Below, piece after piece: positions 34,601 through 48,250 of a DNA stretch of 64,000 nucleotides. The stretch comes from Balanoglossus misakiensis (Eukaryota > Animalia > Hemichordata): positions 2,899,319 to 2,963,318 of the forward strand of contig CM082594.2 in the NCBI GenBank assembly GCA_040954595.2, in the 5' to 3' direction. Under the pieces are notes generated by a model. The model worked only from the letters and a program-made list of their open reading frames with translations. It was not told where the DNA came from and did no database searches. The stretch's first letter is position 1; each line of letters starts with the position of its first letter. Position numbers and translations under genes: made by a program.

Positions 34601-37600
34601 CCCCACGCAGTTGCTTGCTCATCAGTGGTCATCGTAAAAGGCGATACATCTGTTGCGCCAGGTTTGGAACCTATGCCCCATTCGTAGAATGAAATGCCTG
34701 CAGACACAGAAAGACAAAGACGGATAATAAGTGTGTTGAGAAAACCAAACTAAACCTGTTCAAAGACAAACAAAATCAGACAGGGGACTCACCACTCTCT
34801 GTATCTTGGAACACGCGTTCCCATGATGCACTTAAAGTAGTCGTGGATTGGTGATATCCGCCGCCCACGTGAATGGTTGCATCTGTCATGAAAGGTGGCG
34901 TAGTGTCAATAGTAACTCCAGGCGATCCAGCCTCAGTAGACAAACCAACAAAGTCGATACCTAAATGTTTAAAAGACAAAAATACAAAAATAAAAGAACG
35001 CAGAACATGACAATACACCTATCATAATTGTTTAATTTTTTAAATATTAAATGATTCAAAGTCTGCCGCGACTGATGGCATTGTCGGTTGAAGTTTGGTT
35101 GACCGAAGAGATTAAAAACAACCAGTACATGATATCCTCAATACGGATGATACACCATGCTACTCAACAAAAGAGGGATTAAAGCTTAATTGACATCTTT
35201 CACTGGAGTAGCATAATTAGTTACCTCTTACTGTAGCATAACACGTGGAGCCAGGCTGTAGCAACTGTGTGAGAAGGAAGACCCAATTGACGATACCAAC
35301 ATCTATGAATTCATGTATGTCCACACCACCGGGAGACGTTCCTGAAAAGGAAATAAGGTGAAAGTTGTCATAGAGTAACTCGCATGTGTATATATCCTCT
35401 ATGCTTGTAACTAACGTGAACTTACTTACCCACAGCCACTTCATAATTCCTTATTCCACTCTCATGAGAAATTTGTCCTGACTCTTCAACATCGACAAAA
35501 TTCTCCCAGTTGATAAGGAGATGCGATGTTGATGTCTGTAAAAGAATGTGTAGGCGAGTTCAGATGGTTAAGTAATGAACAAAAATGGAATGGAGTAAAT
35601 GATAAGGGTACGACTTCAATAAAATGGTGGAATCAATCATAAAAATATAAAATGTCGAAACAGCTTGCAACTGAGAGCAAGGAATAATATTTGAATAATA
35701 ATATTATTTGAAGAACATATATTTTAAAGTAAACATTGTAAAATAAAATAACCTGATATTGCATTCCCGGCCACCCTATCCAAATTTTACTGGCTGTTGG
35801 TGCTGACCAATCGACCGTAATGCCGTTTGAACATTCTGATATCTCTGGTGCTTGGTTGGAAATGTCTTCGTTGGTCGACAAACTGTTATTTGCATATATG
35901 CAAATGTAGGATCTCTGACCATGTCCAAGATTTAGGCTATGGACATTCACGAAGTTTTCCTGCCAACGGAATGAGTAAATTGATTTCAATTAGCGATGTT
36001 ATTAATTTCATACAAAATATTAAACGTTATAGGTTGACACTGCCGTTAGAAAATGTTTTGTTCTCAAAGATGTTATACGCCAAATCTCACAATTTCACAA
36101 ATATTCATGTCATTCCTGACTCAACTAGAGAAATTGAAAGAAAATGACTTTACATTTGTTGTCCCGCATGCCAGGACTTCAGGTGAGTCGCACTGAAATG
36201 TATGGTAATCTAACACGCCATCGGGTTCTGTATATGCCCAGCGTCTGATGGCGTCGTCAGAAACAACTTTCCATTGATATTCAATATAAAGAAGGGATGG
36301 CCAAACGGCTGACAGCTTATGCTTTGAGAGTGTGTACTCTTCGTCTGAATGTGGCCAGTCGCTGTTTACTTCCAAGTGGATATCCCTGTAGAGAAATAGT
36401 ATTGTCAGTGCATTTAATTCTCGAGCCAATAAATTATCCCAAACCTTAAAGCACCAATAGCCCCCAACTTTGTGCCATTTTCTTAGTAGTATTTTTTTGT
36501 GTATCAAATGTGGAGTGCAAAAAATACATGTTTTTTTTCACCCTATTTTGTATAAATCAACATTGTAAGTGTTAAAAATTGAATTCTTCTTCAGAGAAGA
36601 TTTTTTTGCCAACGATACCAGTGACTGTTACTCATGTCACGGTGCAGGTTTTGGTGGGAATTCAATCTAAGGCTCGAATATTTCATAAAGTTACCCAGAG
36701 TAAAATAAGCAACTGGAGTAGACACATGAGAGAAAAATACTGAAAAGTTGAGAAACAAACTCACTCCACATCTCCTTGATTATCAGATTCACCGACGGCA
36801 TCGATGACGACATTAGGAACAATGTATTTCGGATAGATGGAGTCACAGTCATAAATTTCTTGATAGATTGTTGAGTATAATCCGGCCTTGTTGTGACCGC
36901 GTATGGCAAGATACATGCATTCTGAGAAAACAAGCTTGTCTTCCAGGCTGGCTGTGTAGGTGAGCTAAATGGAATGACAATGTTATGTTAATATAAGCTT
37001 ACTAGCTGACGTTTAAGAGCAATTACATTTCCTTGTCTTAACATCCGTGTGTGGAGTGAACGCGTAAGTAGTTTCTAAATATTTCCAAAGTTTGTCATCT
37101 TATTATTCAATTTGCACGATACATTTAAATGCCATTAATATTTCCTTCACGTTGATTGAAATATACTACTGAAATGTCTCTGTTGTGCCGCATTGTGTAG
37201 ATTGTTGGTCAAACAAAGTCCGATCATGGAATAACTTTTGAGACGGAAAAAGACTGTTACGTAGTAATGTGTTAGACCCCGGTATAGGTATATCGTAATG
37301 TACAAAATCTGTAGGAATATATGTTACCATATTTTCGTGATACAACGGATTGGATACGTGTTTCCATTGATATAGAAAGTCACCATACGTTGAGGACTTA
37401 GTGTTGACAGCAATATTCCACTCATGATAATCCATATATTCAGCACTTTCCAATTTTTCAGTAACTTCACTGTTTAAAAATTCAAACCACGTGAATTCTA
37501 GATTCGTTGACCTGTCCAGGAAGAAATGTAAAACCTAACGCAATTTATTAATTATAACCTGATGATTATTGATGTTATTTATCATATACTAGAATGTATG

Positions 37601-40600
37601 TATGTATGTATGTATGTATGTATGTATGTATGTATGTATGTATGTATGTATGTATGTATGTATGTATGTATGTATGTATGTATGTATGTATGTATGTATG
37701 TATGTATGTATGTATGTATGTATGTATGTATGTATGTATGTATGTATGTATGTATGTATGTATGTATGTATGTATGTATGTATGTATGTATGTATGTATG
37801 TATGTATGTATGTATGTATGTATGTATGTATGTATGTATGTATGTATGTATGTATGTATGTATGTATGTATGTATGTATGTATGTATGTATGTATGTATG
37901 TATGTATGTATGTATGTATGTATGTATGTATGTATGTATGTATGTATGTATGTATGTATGTATGTATGTATGTATGTATGTATGTATGTATGTATGTATG
38001 TATGTATGTATGTATGTATGTATGTATGTATGTATGTATGTATGTATGTATGTATGTATGTATGTATGTATGTATGTATGTATGTATGTATGTATGTATG
38101 TATGTATGTATGTATGTATGTATGTATGTATGTATGTATGTATGTATGTATGTATGTATGTATGTATGTATGTATGTATGTATGTATGTATGTATGTATG
38201 TATGTATGTATGTATGTATGTATGTATGTATGTATGTATGTATGTATGTATGTATGTATGTATGTATGTATGTATGTATGTATGTATGTATGTATGTATG
38301 TATGTATGTATGTATGTATGTATGTATGTATGTATGTATGTATGTATGTATGTATGTATGTATGTATGTATGTATGTATGTATGTATGTATGTATGTATG
38401 TATGTATGTATGTATGTATGTATGTATGTATGTATGTATGTATGTATGTATACATGTATGCAACAATGCGTTTTATGTGAAGTGATAGATTTTTATTATG
38501 TAGACCTTGATGCTTACCCATTATATAAAATATTCTGAATTCCTTCAGAAACCGGAGGATATGGTGTTACCCAGACACCATCACTGTGTACAGGATGAAA
38601 GCATCCATCAGGATAGCAGAACTTGACAACTGTTCGGTAATGATTTCCTGCCATTAGATTCTGGTCCGTGAATTGCACATGTTTGTTAACGTGCATACGT
38701 TCATATTGGTGAACGGTACTCCATGTTGAGCTGCAGAACGAAATCGCGGCGTAAATACAACAACCTGGTAGGTCAATTCGCATACAGTTATAACATACTT
38801 TTTATTGTTAAATGGGAAGTCCAGTCCAGCTGATTTCTACATAATTTTGTAGCTTTGAGGTCACCTTTCAGAAAAAAAATTGTTTCGCCATGTATAAGTC
38901 GCGCGAGTATTAAAAAAAACGAGGGAAAGTTGTCAGAATTTCCAATATGGCGTTTAATGTAATTTGAATCATGGGAAAAGGGCACCAGGACCAACTGCCG
39001 CCTAACTTGGTGTGGGTGATACCATTTTCCCATTGGTGTCACTGCACGACAAGGTAGACGTATTTGTATATCTATTGTTTGTACTTTGCGTATGTGCACC
39101 TAGTTTGTGATAATATTTACACACACACCTGTTGTCTGAATCTTTCCTCTCGATGCTAACTTCAATAAAGGTGATGTAGTCCAATGTTTCATTGGGTAAT
39201 ACCCAGTGACCCATCACTGTAGACGTTGATGCTTGGTAATCAATGTCACCATCACAAGATGATCTGCTGGTATGGTCATGGTGCGTATTATTCAAATTAA
39301 CATCGCTTGTGTCTAGTACAAAAAATGAAGCGTAAGTGAACAGGACTAGTAAATATTACATATAACGAATTCAATTGATAATATTTTCACACCTTTATAT
39401 TAACTGACAATGGGCTATACAATGAAGACGTATACAGGCGTTGCATGTAAGCACGATTATAATCACTATTATAATCGCATTTATAGACATGCTTCTTAGT
39501 GATCAAGTTTTACAGTTTTCTATTATCCGACAGGGAGGTTTACAGCACTTTAGTCTCCGGGGGGGGGGAGACACTTCATGGAAGAGCAACTTCATTTTCC
39601 CGCCTTGACAATATTTGCAGTTTCCTATAGGGGGGAGTCAATACTAGGAACAGCCTTTTCCATTTTACAGCCGTGACTTCAAGACAACGAGCTGGTTCAT
39701 CTCCTCGAAATTTCACTCCCACCGCCTCCCCATCTACCTCCCCTACATAGGTCGTATGGGTCGGAGGTATATGTATTTTAGAGCTTACATGGACTTTGTA
39801 TCTTTATTTATCTCATTGTCGCATTGGATTGTAGTTGTTAGAGGCGTTTTTAGGCCCACACCTTTGTGGGAGATTCTTTATGTACCTATTTTACAGTGTT
39901 TAGTGTTATGTTAATTTTCCTCGCCAGTTGACCTTTGACCTATACCTACCTTGTTGAGGTTTTTGCTGTTTTATTGAGGCAGGCAACTGGCGAGGAATTT
40001 TTCATCATCTTTACACATTGTTAACCTTTGCAATAAAGGGTCAATATCTCTTGGCCATTTTTCGCCAATTCTGGTTGTGTTGTGTTTTTGTATCTCCCAC
40101 AAACAGAGCAAAATGACCAGTACAGGTCTATTCTGGTGCAGGGATATAAATGATAATATGTTATAATTATTATAATTATCCGTTACAGTGAAGTTTCACA
40201 AGCTTGAAGTAATCACCGCTATTCGAGCAACAGTGTTCGAAATTAAATTATCATCACCTTTCTTTTTACAGCTAGGGCCATCGAAAACTACAGCGTCCTC
40301 GATATAACTATTGTCTCCAATCACAGTTACTCCATCTGAGCTTGCAACCACGCTGCCAGATTCGGTAGTGGCTCTCACTGTGACATAATATTTCTTGGTT
40401 TGAAAAATAAAATACCAATACATTAGCACCATGCAGTCTATAGAAACTATTAGCAGCAGTGTCAGCAGTTTCAAATTAACCCTTTCACCCCAGTTCCCTC
40501 TATAGAGGTCCAACTTTACCATAGAAAACAATTGATTTAGGTCAAACTAAGGTGGTGAAAAGGTTAACACAGCGAGCCTGAGTATCTATGGCTTATTGAC

Positions 40601-43600
40601 AACCTGTCACTCAATACAACAGTCTTAGATTAAAGTTGAGACATTTATAAGTTCACTTGGCAACTATACACAGAGAAATTAACTATGCCCTCAGTGCAGT
40701 GTTCCAACACAAAGCTATACGGACCTTACCTGATAAAACTCCAGGTTTATTCCATAAATAGAGTGTTGGGTTTGTGCACCGACATCTTTGAAGTTCATGA
40801 TGCCATCATCGTCTGGTGTTGTACCAACGGCAATTTCATAGGTGACAGTCTGGTGGGGATGTTCAAACCCGTGCCAACGTGAATGTAGCTCTGTTGCTAC
40901 AGACTGGTAGTCTATGTCTGGTACCTCCTGCAGAAATCAATAGTGCTTTGGCTGAAAACTCTAACACGTTAACATGACGATACAGGCGTGATATAAACAT
41001 GGTCACAAAGTAATCGCACAAAATATTGTGGATAATTGTTAATTCAAAGAGGCGGACAGTTGGCAATATCACATATTCAGCAGTTACGTCATTATTATGT
41101 ATGTTCAAAAATTAAAGAAACAACGTCGCTTTTTGAACTTTATATGATAGCAAAAACACAAGGAATACTTGCATAAAGTATTTTGGTGCACAATAAGGGA
41201 GGTCACAAGTAAAAATTGCAAACAACCATTGCCACGGAGTATGTAAAAGCCGGTATCCGTATCTTTATGAAAGGTCCCGCCATAATACCAATAGAGATGT
41301 CATCACAATATACCACATATAGTCTGAACCATATGTAAAACGTGCATTAAGCATTGATTTCCTATTGCACTGTATATGTTTCGCCTGATTTATATGTGCG
41401 CGTGTCTAAATATTTTAAAACCTTCATCAGATCTTTAATCTAATATGTTTACCAGCAGAGTGGAGTTTGTTAACAGTTGATCGGTTGCAAGACGACCAAC
41501 AGCATAGATACCCACTTTATCAAAGAAAATTGACCACCTAGGTCAGAGCAGTTTTGTCCCTTTAAATAAGACACTGTTCAGAATTATGATGGTAATTCCT
41601 CACCCAGAATATGCTATTATCCTTTTCAGGATCCAAGGTATCCAGGACGACACCAATCGATGGCAGGCCAATTACATGTCTGTACGCTTCTGACGTGGCA
41701 GTAACACTCAAACCAGCAACATTTGCAACTTGGATCGACAAGTAGTAAATGTGTTCTCCATGGAGATCCCAATCCAAACTTTCTGTTGTTATGGCAACAC
41801 AAGACGGCTGCCTTGTTTCGTTACACACGCCGTTGTCAACTTCAGTCAATGGTGTAAATTGTAACAGCTGTGTACCGTACGGTGTGTTTCCTGTCAATAC
41901 GGAAGAGTAAGTATGTAAACAAGAAAACAAAACATTGTCCGTAAAGATAGATAATTTTAGTCCAATTTCCAACGGGCTTGACCATTGTTTATTTTCGTCA
42001 AAATCTCGAAATCGATGATAATTTATAACAATGAGGGGTGGGGGAGAGAAAGATTGTCCTGTTTTCCAACAAGTCTATCAAATCAAATGCCAATTTTGTC
42101 ATAATGAAAAGATCATTCGAGAGTTAAATTTCGCCGAGAGCTTCCGAGATTGCATTTGGTAGTTATGCCGCATAACAAACCTCAACAAAAATAGTTTAAA
42201 ACTTGACAAGAAAAACAGACTGAGACCACCCCAATTCTGCTCGTTTAATATTGGCACTGAGATAAACAGTTATGTTTCCAAAAAGGAATTTCTTGTAGGC
42301 CCTTGTTACATTTTACTTCGATTCCTTCAAGAGAGCAGACAATCTTACCGACTGCCACTTTATAATCTGATAGTGGTTCTGGGTCATCCTTTTCGAAGAA
42401 ATCATCCTCTTGCCACCGTGCAACCAGATATTTCTCATCTCCATGCTCTTCATATTGGACCCAAATAGTGCCGACAAATTCTGGGGGAGTTACTTCAACG
42501 ATAATTGGACCTACAACCTGTTGAGATATAGATGTGTTACGAGTCCACAGGCTTGAAATTATTTTGTTGTCATAAAAATGCAACTATATCACAATTGACT
42601 TCAGCTAGAGAATTTGAATCGAACTATCGGTTTGGTTGGCGCATGCGCCCGCCAACATCTGAATCTTTACAAAGACCGCAAAGAACCTGTTCAAAATCGC
42701 GAACGAAAATAAAAAAAATCAAATGGCGAAAATGCTTGGTGGTTGTGAGGCTTGTGTAACAGAAAAGCTTAATAAATATTAGAGAGATATGCAATAAAGA
42801 GAAAAGCACGGCATCACAAATGAGATACTTACCTTAGTAGTTGTCATCTGTGCCCTGTTTACTGATTCGACGATGATGTAAAAGGACAGCCCTTCGTTTA
42901 GGTTAGGGTGATAGGTAAGAAAGTTTGGTTGGGAATGAGTTGACGTCATGGGTAAGATATCGGCGTCCAGTCCTTGGTCTGTGCTGCTCAGGCCGACCAT
43001 GTAATCATATAGGCCACTCTCATCATCAGCACCTCTCCAAGAGACCGCCAGCTGCATATGAAGTAATGTATTAGAAAACAATGATATAATTTTATTCAAC
43101 AAATGCATCTGAGAATCGCTTGTACTAATGTTTTGACCTATATCTTAATGAACGGGGCAAAGTATACGTTTCTTGTATACATACCATGTTTTCATTAACC
43201 AAGAAAGTGTAATCCAGAAAGGTTCCAATTCTGATGCATTCCGAGTCACTCGCGCTTTCATTCTTCTGGGTACCATCGTTGTTTCGCAACAGGGGCCACA
43301 ATGTAACATCGTCCACAACAAGAGCAAGATGCCTACGTTAAAGTAACACCAAATATGTATTATTCGATTTAAACGAAATAAGCATAAGGACACGGACGTC
43401 TTCGTGTAACAGAAGACTGGCTTCCTTTTTCTAACGACAACATTATTGAGAGGCCGATTGAAATTGGAAGACAAGCATTATCAATGTTTAGTTACATGTA
43501 TAGTACACACCGTGGGAAACATTTGAAAAAAAAATATTACTCAAAATTTGAAATCGTGTGAACTTAACTGACTGAATTCAACAACCTTACTAGTGTAAAC

Positions 43601-46600
43601 AAATGGACTGAGAGTACTTCAAGCAATTTACCAGCATTCAGTAGAAGGATCGATGACCTTTTTTCGATATCCATCACTGTTTATCATCCAGACTGTTTGG
43701 TTGCCATCTGTAATAGCGCCACCATGTGTCTGTAGATTGCTAACATCAATCTCCTCTAGAATGGACTCAGATACGTCAATGGTTACGCCATCTGAACAAA
43801 CAGGGTCCGACGGATCAAGGGCTTGGTTGTAGGCTATGACGGTGCAGTGGTAGGTTCCTGGGTATGGAGCAGTCCAACTCGCGTGTGTCTTCGTGGCATT
43901 TATTAACTGGGTAGTGATAATCGGGAAAGCGTTATTTAAACAGCACATTTGTAATGTAAATGTTTCGCATCTAGGTTATCGACATTAATTATTACAGGAA
44001 GCTCGCTTAATACTTACAGGATTATTTGTCGGGAAGGTAATGCTGCTGACGTCATCAAAACATTCTTCTCCGAATATATACACATACATCAATACTCCAC
44101 TCTCTTTGTCAAAGAATCCTTCCCATCGCGCATGGATTGTCAAGTCTTGCTGATAGTCAATGTCAGGTTGACCTTCTAACCCTTCGTGGACAAATCCCGT
44201 CTCTGGTGGACTGGTGTCAATGGTCACCTGTTTGATAAACGTTTGCTATCATGTCCATGCAGGTAGATCTCCGCTATAAAAGCTCAGGACGTGACGTCAT
44301 TGTGTCCGAAATCAAGTATCAAGATGATCAAGTAAACCTGTTCATATAATTATAATCCACGTATATATTATGTTGTAATAGTAAACTTACAAGCAGTAGG
44401 CAACCAATCTTCACTAAATTAGTGTGCTTTACTTACGGAATAAGGCGAAGTCAAAATGCTGCTAGATACATATATCTACAATATCGTTCATTACATGAAA
44501 GAGATGCGCATGTCACTAGACTTTGTCATTACCTGTAATTCCAGACTTGCTGATATCCCGGCATCGTTTTCAGCAGCAACTGTTATAATGTAGTCATAGT
44601 CATGAGTTCCACTTGTGTTGAAGTGACCAGCATCCAAATCAATGGTGTATTCAGTCAAGTAACATTCTCCTTTAGGGATGCATATGCAGTTTGGCGTTGA
44701 ACAGTTTTGCGGCTGAAAAGTATAGTAAGAAAGTCACAGTGTCATGAATACGGGAAATTCAGTTCAACGGCCTAGATATACAACTCAGTAACAGCAAATT
44801 CAAATCCTTAATGCTCCAGGTTTTCATTTATATTTATTGTTTTGTGTATTTACTGCAGTATCTTGGTCAAAATCATGAAACATGATGAAATGCCCAGCAT
44901 TTATATATATTCAACACACATTTTATGTGTATACTCAACATGGTTGTTACGCAAAATTTGAATTCGTGTCCGAAATTGAATTTTTTATCAACAATAATAA
45001 TGGTCGTTACACATATACATATACAGGCTATGTTTACAAGTGGAGTACTGGGTATATATATTAACATGCTGTTTGGTGTAGAGAAAAGGTGTCCCTAACG
45101 CTTTATATAACAGTGAGTAACACATAGGCTAACTTTACCATAATTTTCTCAACAGCTATGGGCCCATCGCCAAGAATGTGCGAACTATCCGCCATGTCAT
45201 GTATGGTCCAATGTAATCGACGCAAGCCGCTATGTTGATCGTAAGCACTGAAAGTAATGCTGTCCCAAACAAGGAAAAGAGGGTAAGTTAGGGATAATTA
45301 TTAAGGCAATGAAAGGAAACACAATGATAAAATAAGCAATTATGCGTTTTAAATACAAATTTATATCTCGATGGTACACATTGTATATAATATATACTCT
45401 TCTTCTGACATTCTGCCCAGCCTCTGAAGAGAATGATTGTATGATAATTACTTCATTTCATACAATTCCGCAGAATTGTGTACAGCTAACTGTTCAACTC
45501 CGTCCTTTGAAAGCCAGAGATCACTTATCTCTGGAGGAGACGAATCAACGTGTATAAGAATGTTTTCCATTGCTGTATTATTCATAACATCGTATGACGT
45601 AATCCATATCCGTATGGAATCGCCATCTTCTCGTTCTATGTCGAAATATTGTTCTTCAACCTACGAAAGCAACCATGACACCAGTTGAAATTATGGTAAA
45701 CATACAGTCAAACCCCTGTTAGTGGCCACCCCTATATAGTGGCCACTTTGTTACAGTCCCTGTGCAATTCACATGTGCATTAATTAACCTCTATATAAAG
45801 GCCACCTGTACATGTATATAAAGGCTAGTTTAGGAAAGTCCCTTGACTGGCCACTACAGACAGGTTCGACTGTAGTTTAATGGGGATTTAATTGATTTTG
45901 TAATTCTTTGCGATTTGTCGAAAAGGTCTGTCCATGCGATAGAAAACAAAGCAAAACAAAATAATTTATGAATGTGGAAAGGATATCAAACGTATGTTCT
46001 GTAATACGTCCAGAGATGAAGTGATAAGACGTACCACGTTGCAAATACAAATAACATGTTTTTCATTTGTTCAATATTTTCTTGTTTTAACTTAGTTTAA
46101 TAACATGGAAATAGTCTGATTATACGATTGACTGGATGACTCACCGGAAAACCAGACACATCTTCCCAGTGGTGGTAGTCAGGCGGATCTAGAATTGATG
46201 CCCCGCCCTCGTGATCGACGGAAAACGCTGTTACTGTTTTCACAGTGCCATTGACATGAGGGATTTCTGCTACGGACCTATGCGTTGGAGGTTGGCCCAC
46301 TTTTTCTTCGTATGGTTCGGGAATTGGAGGCACATGTGGAGCGATGGCAGCCAAGTAATTGTTCATGTCATGATGTGTATTTGAAAAATGTCCTCCCCAA
46401 GTAACGTGTATCTGTGAGGTAGGTTTCAAGAATACTAAGAAGGCTATTTCAAACAGATAATTTAAGAATGCCTGCCTAAATTGTACATTCGACAATTATG
46501 AAAATCTATGTATGGAATTCTATGGATGATAGTATGGTTATATTGACTGTAGCTGGGACAGACTTGCCTATAGGTTAGGATTCCCAGTATTATAACGATA

Positions 46601-47501
46601 TCATTGCATGTGGTATGTACTCTGTTCGTCGTAATGTAGAACAATATTGACTCGAAACCAACTGCCGTACAAGAAATAAAAATCCTATTTGAATTCGTTG
46701 TCCTTACTTGTTCGCCTGCACCCGTCGAGTCCTGCAGATTTGTCACCCAAACGTCCCCTGTACTTGGATTAATGCTGGCATCGGTAACCTCAATAGGATA
46801 ATGTTCATTTGTTTCAACGAAACTTTCATTGTCAAACGTGAAAAACCTTCTCGCCTCTCGATAGTTGCTGGCAAAGTCATCAACAGTTAAGAGTACACAG
46901 TAGACACCTGTAAATATTTGAGTGAAATAAACACACAAATAAAAATAAGTGAAACCATAGGATGTCAGAACTGCCAATTCCTTTCTGACTCAAAAAGATA
47001 AAGACGAACTAAATGATTTTTCCGACTGCTATTTAAATAGAACTAATGTCAACGCAGCGATGTTTGTACAAAACGATGCGTCACTTCGGGTGGTCCCTAT
47101 CGACGTGCCAATGTTAACTGGCCTGTGATTGTGAAGAAAGACCTACGGGGATTTCGGTGTGCGGTCTAAAGCCTGCCCCTACCTGCCCCCATTCTACCGT
47201 TGCAAGCTCTGTGTAAACCAATAGCGGTTATTCCAAAATGTATATGGAAACCATGCTCGGTTTACAAGAGCTGTGAACCCATTTGAGAAAGACAGAGTAT
47301 CACAGATAACGCACCTGTTGTTGAAACGCTCCAAGTGAACCCATTTGACGTAGCATTCTCGACGCCACTGTCGACGTCTTCAGCAGTGGTTGTGTAATCC
47401 AGCTGTGTACCCTCACTTGTCAATTTGATAACATTCCATTCATATTGTTTGATTCCTGCGACATCATCCTGCCATCCGGACCACGTGACTCTTACATGCG
47501 A
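24301..47501 (-). CDS. Gene B FN3-like repeat region
   Basis: Recurring D.DYQ...W.GF.D.ESG...Y...VGT.PG..D......G..YY..V.A.N.AGL....SDGV.ID.TPP (for example SWHGFSDLQSFIDNYLWCVGTTPGAEDV and ARWEGFFDKESGV). Confidence 0.85.
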
Positions 47502-48217
47502 CTGCAATTGATGAAAGGAAATATTTACACTTACATGCATTTTATTTAAAGTCGAACCTATGCATTCGTCGTATGAGACAATTTGAGTCAAATACGTAAT
47601 TTGTAAAATCGCGTTGCATTTATAGTTACTCGGAGGACTATCAACGACAGCTTCAATATTTTACATCTCCTATACTATAGGAGACACGAATGGTCGCGCT
47701 AAACCTGCGTCTAGACTCATTCGATTGGTACTTTTATTGTGAAATAAATGAAAACAACATTTTCACCTTTCTTCTGTTTAAATAACAACCGTATGAATAT
47801 GCATGCTATATACTTACAGTTGTTGTGTATATATTGTCGATTTCGAGAAGACTGTCTTGACATGATGTTGAAACTGAACAGTGATGCGGAGCTAAAAGGT
47901 CCACGATGAACTCGGCGGATTTTTCAATCTCTTTCCCGCCGTAGTAGTGTTTCACGTCGAACCAGTTGCTTTCTTTGCTGTTGTCCTTGTCTGTTATGTC
48001 AATGTATCCACCATTACTTGCACGTGCCGTGACAAGAAGGCTGTTTCATAAAAAAGACAGTCTATTGCGTGATACTATAGATATGTAGCATAGTTTTGCG
48101 CAATAATGTAATCGATCGCGAATCAATGTATTTGCGAATATTAGCGACATTTCGACACCACTTACGGAGGCTGATTGTTCCGGCTTACACCCAGACTGGG
48201 ATTGGTAAGAAGAGTGA

Positions 48218-48250
<33 letters not shown>

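Noticed and set aside
37562-38538. Five ~300-aa ORFs (MYVC/HTYI repeats)
   Set aside because: Translations of the (TATG)n microsatellite, which has no stop codons
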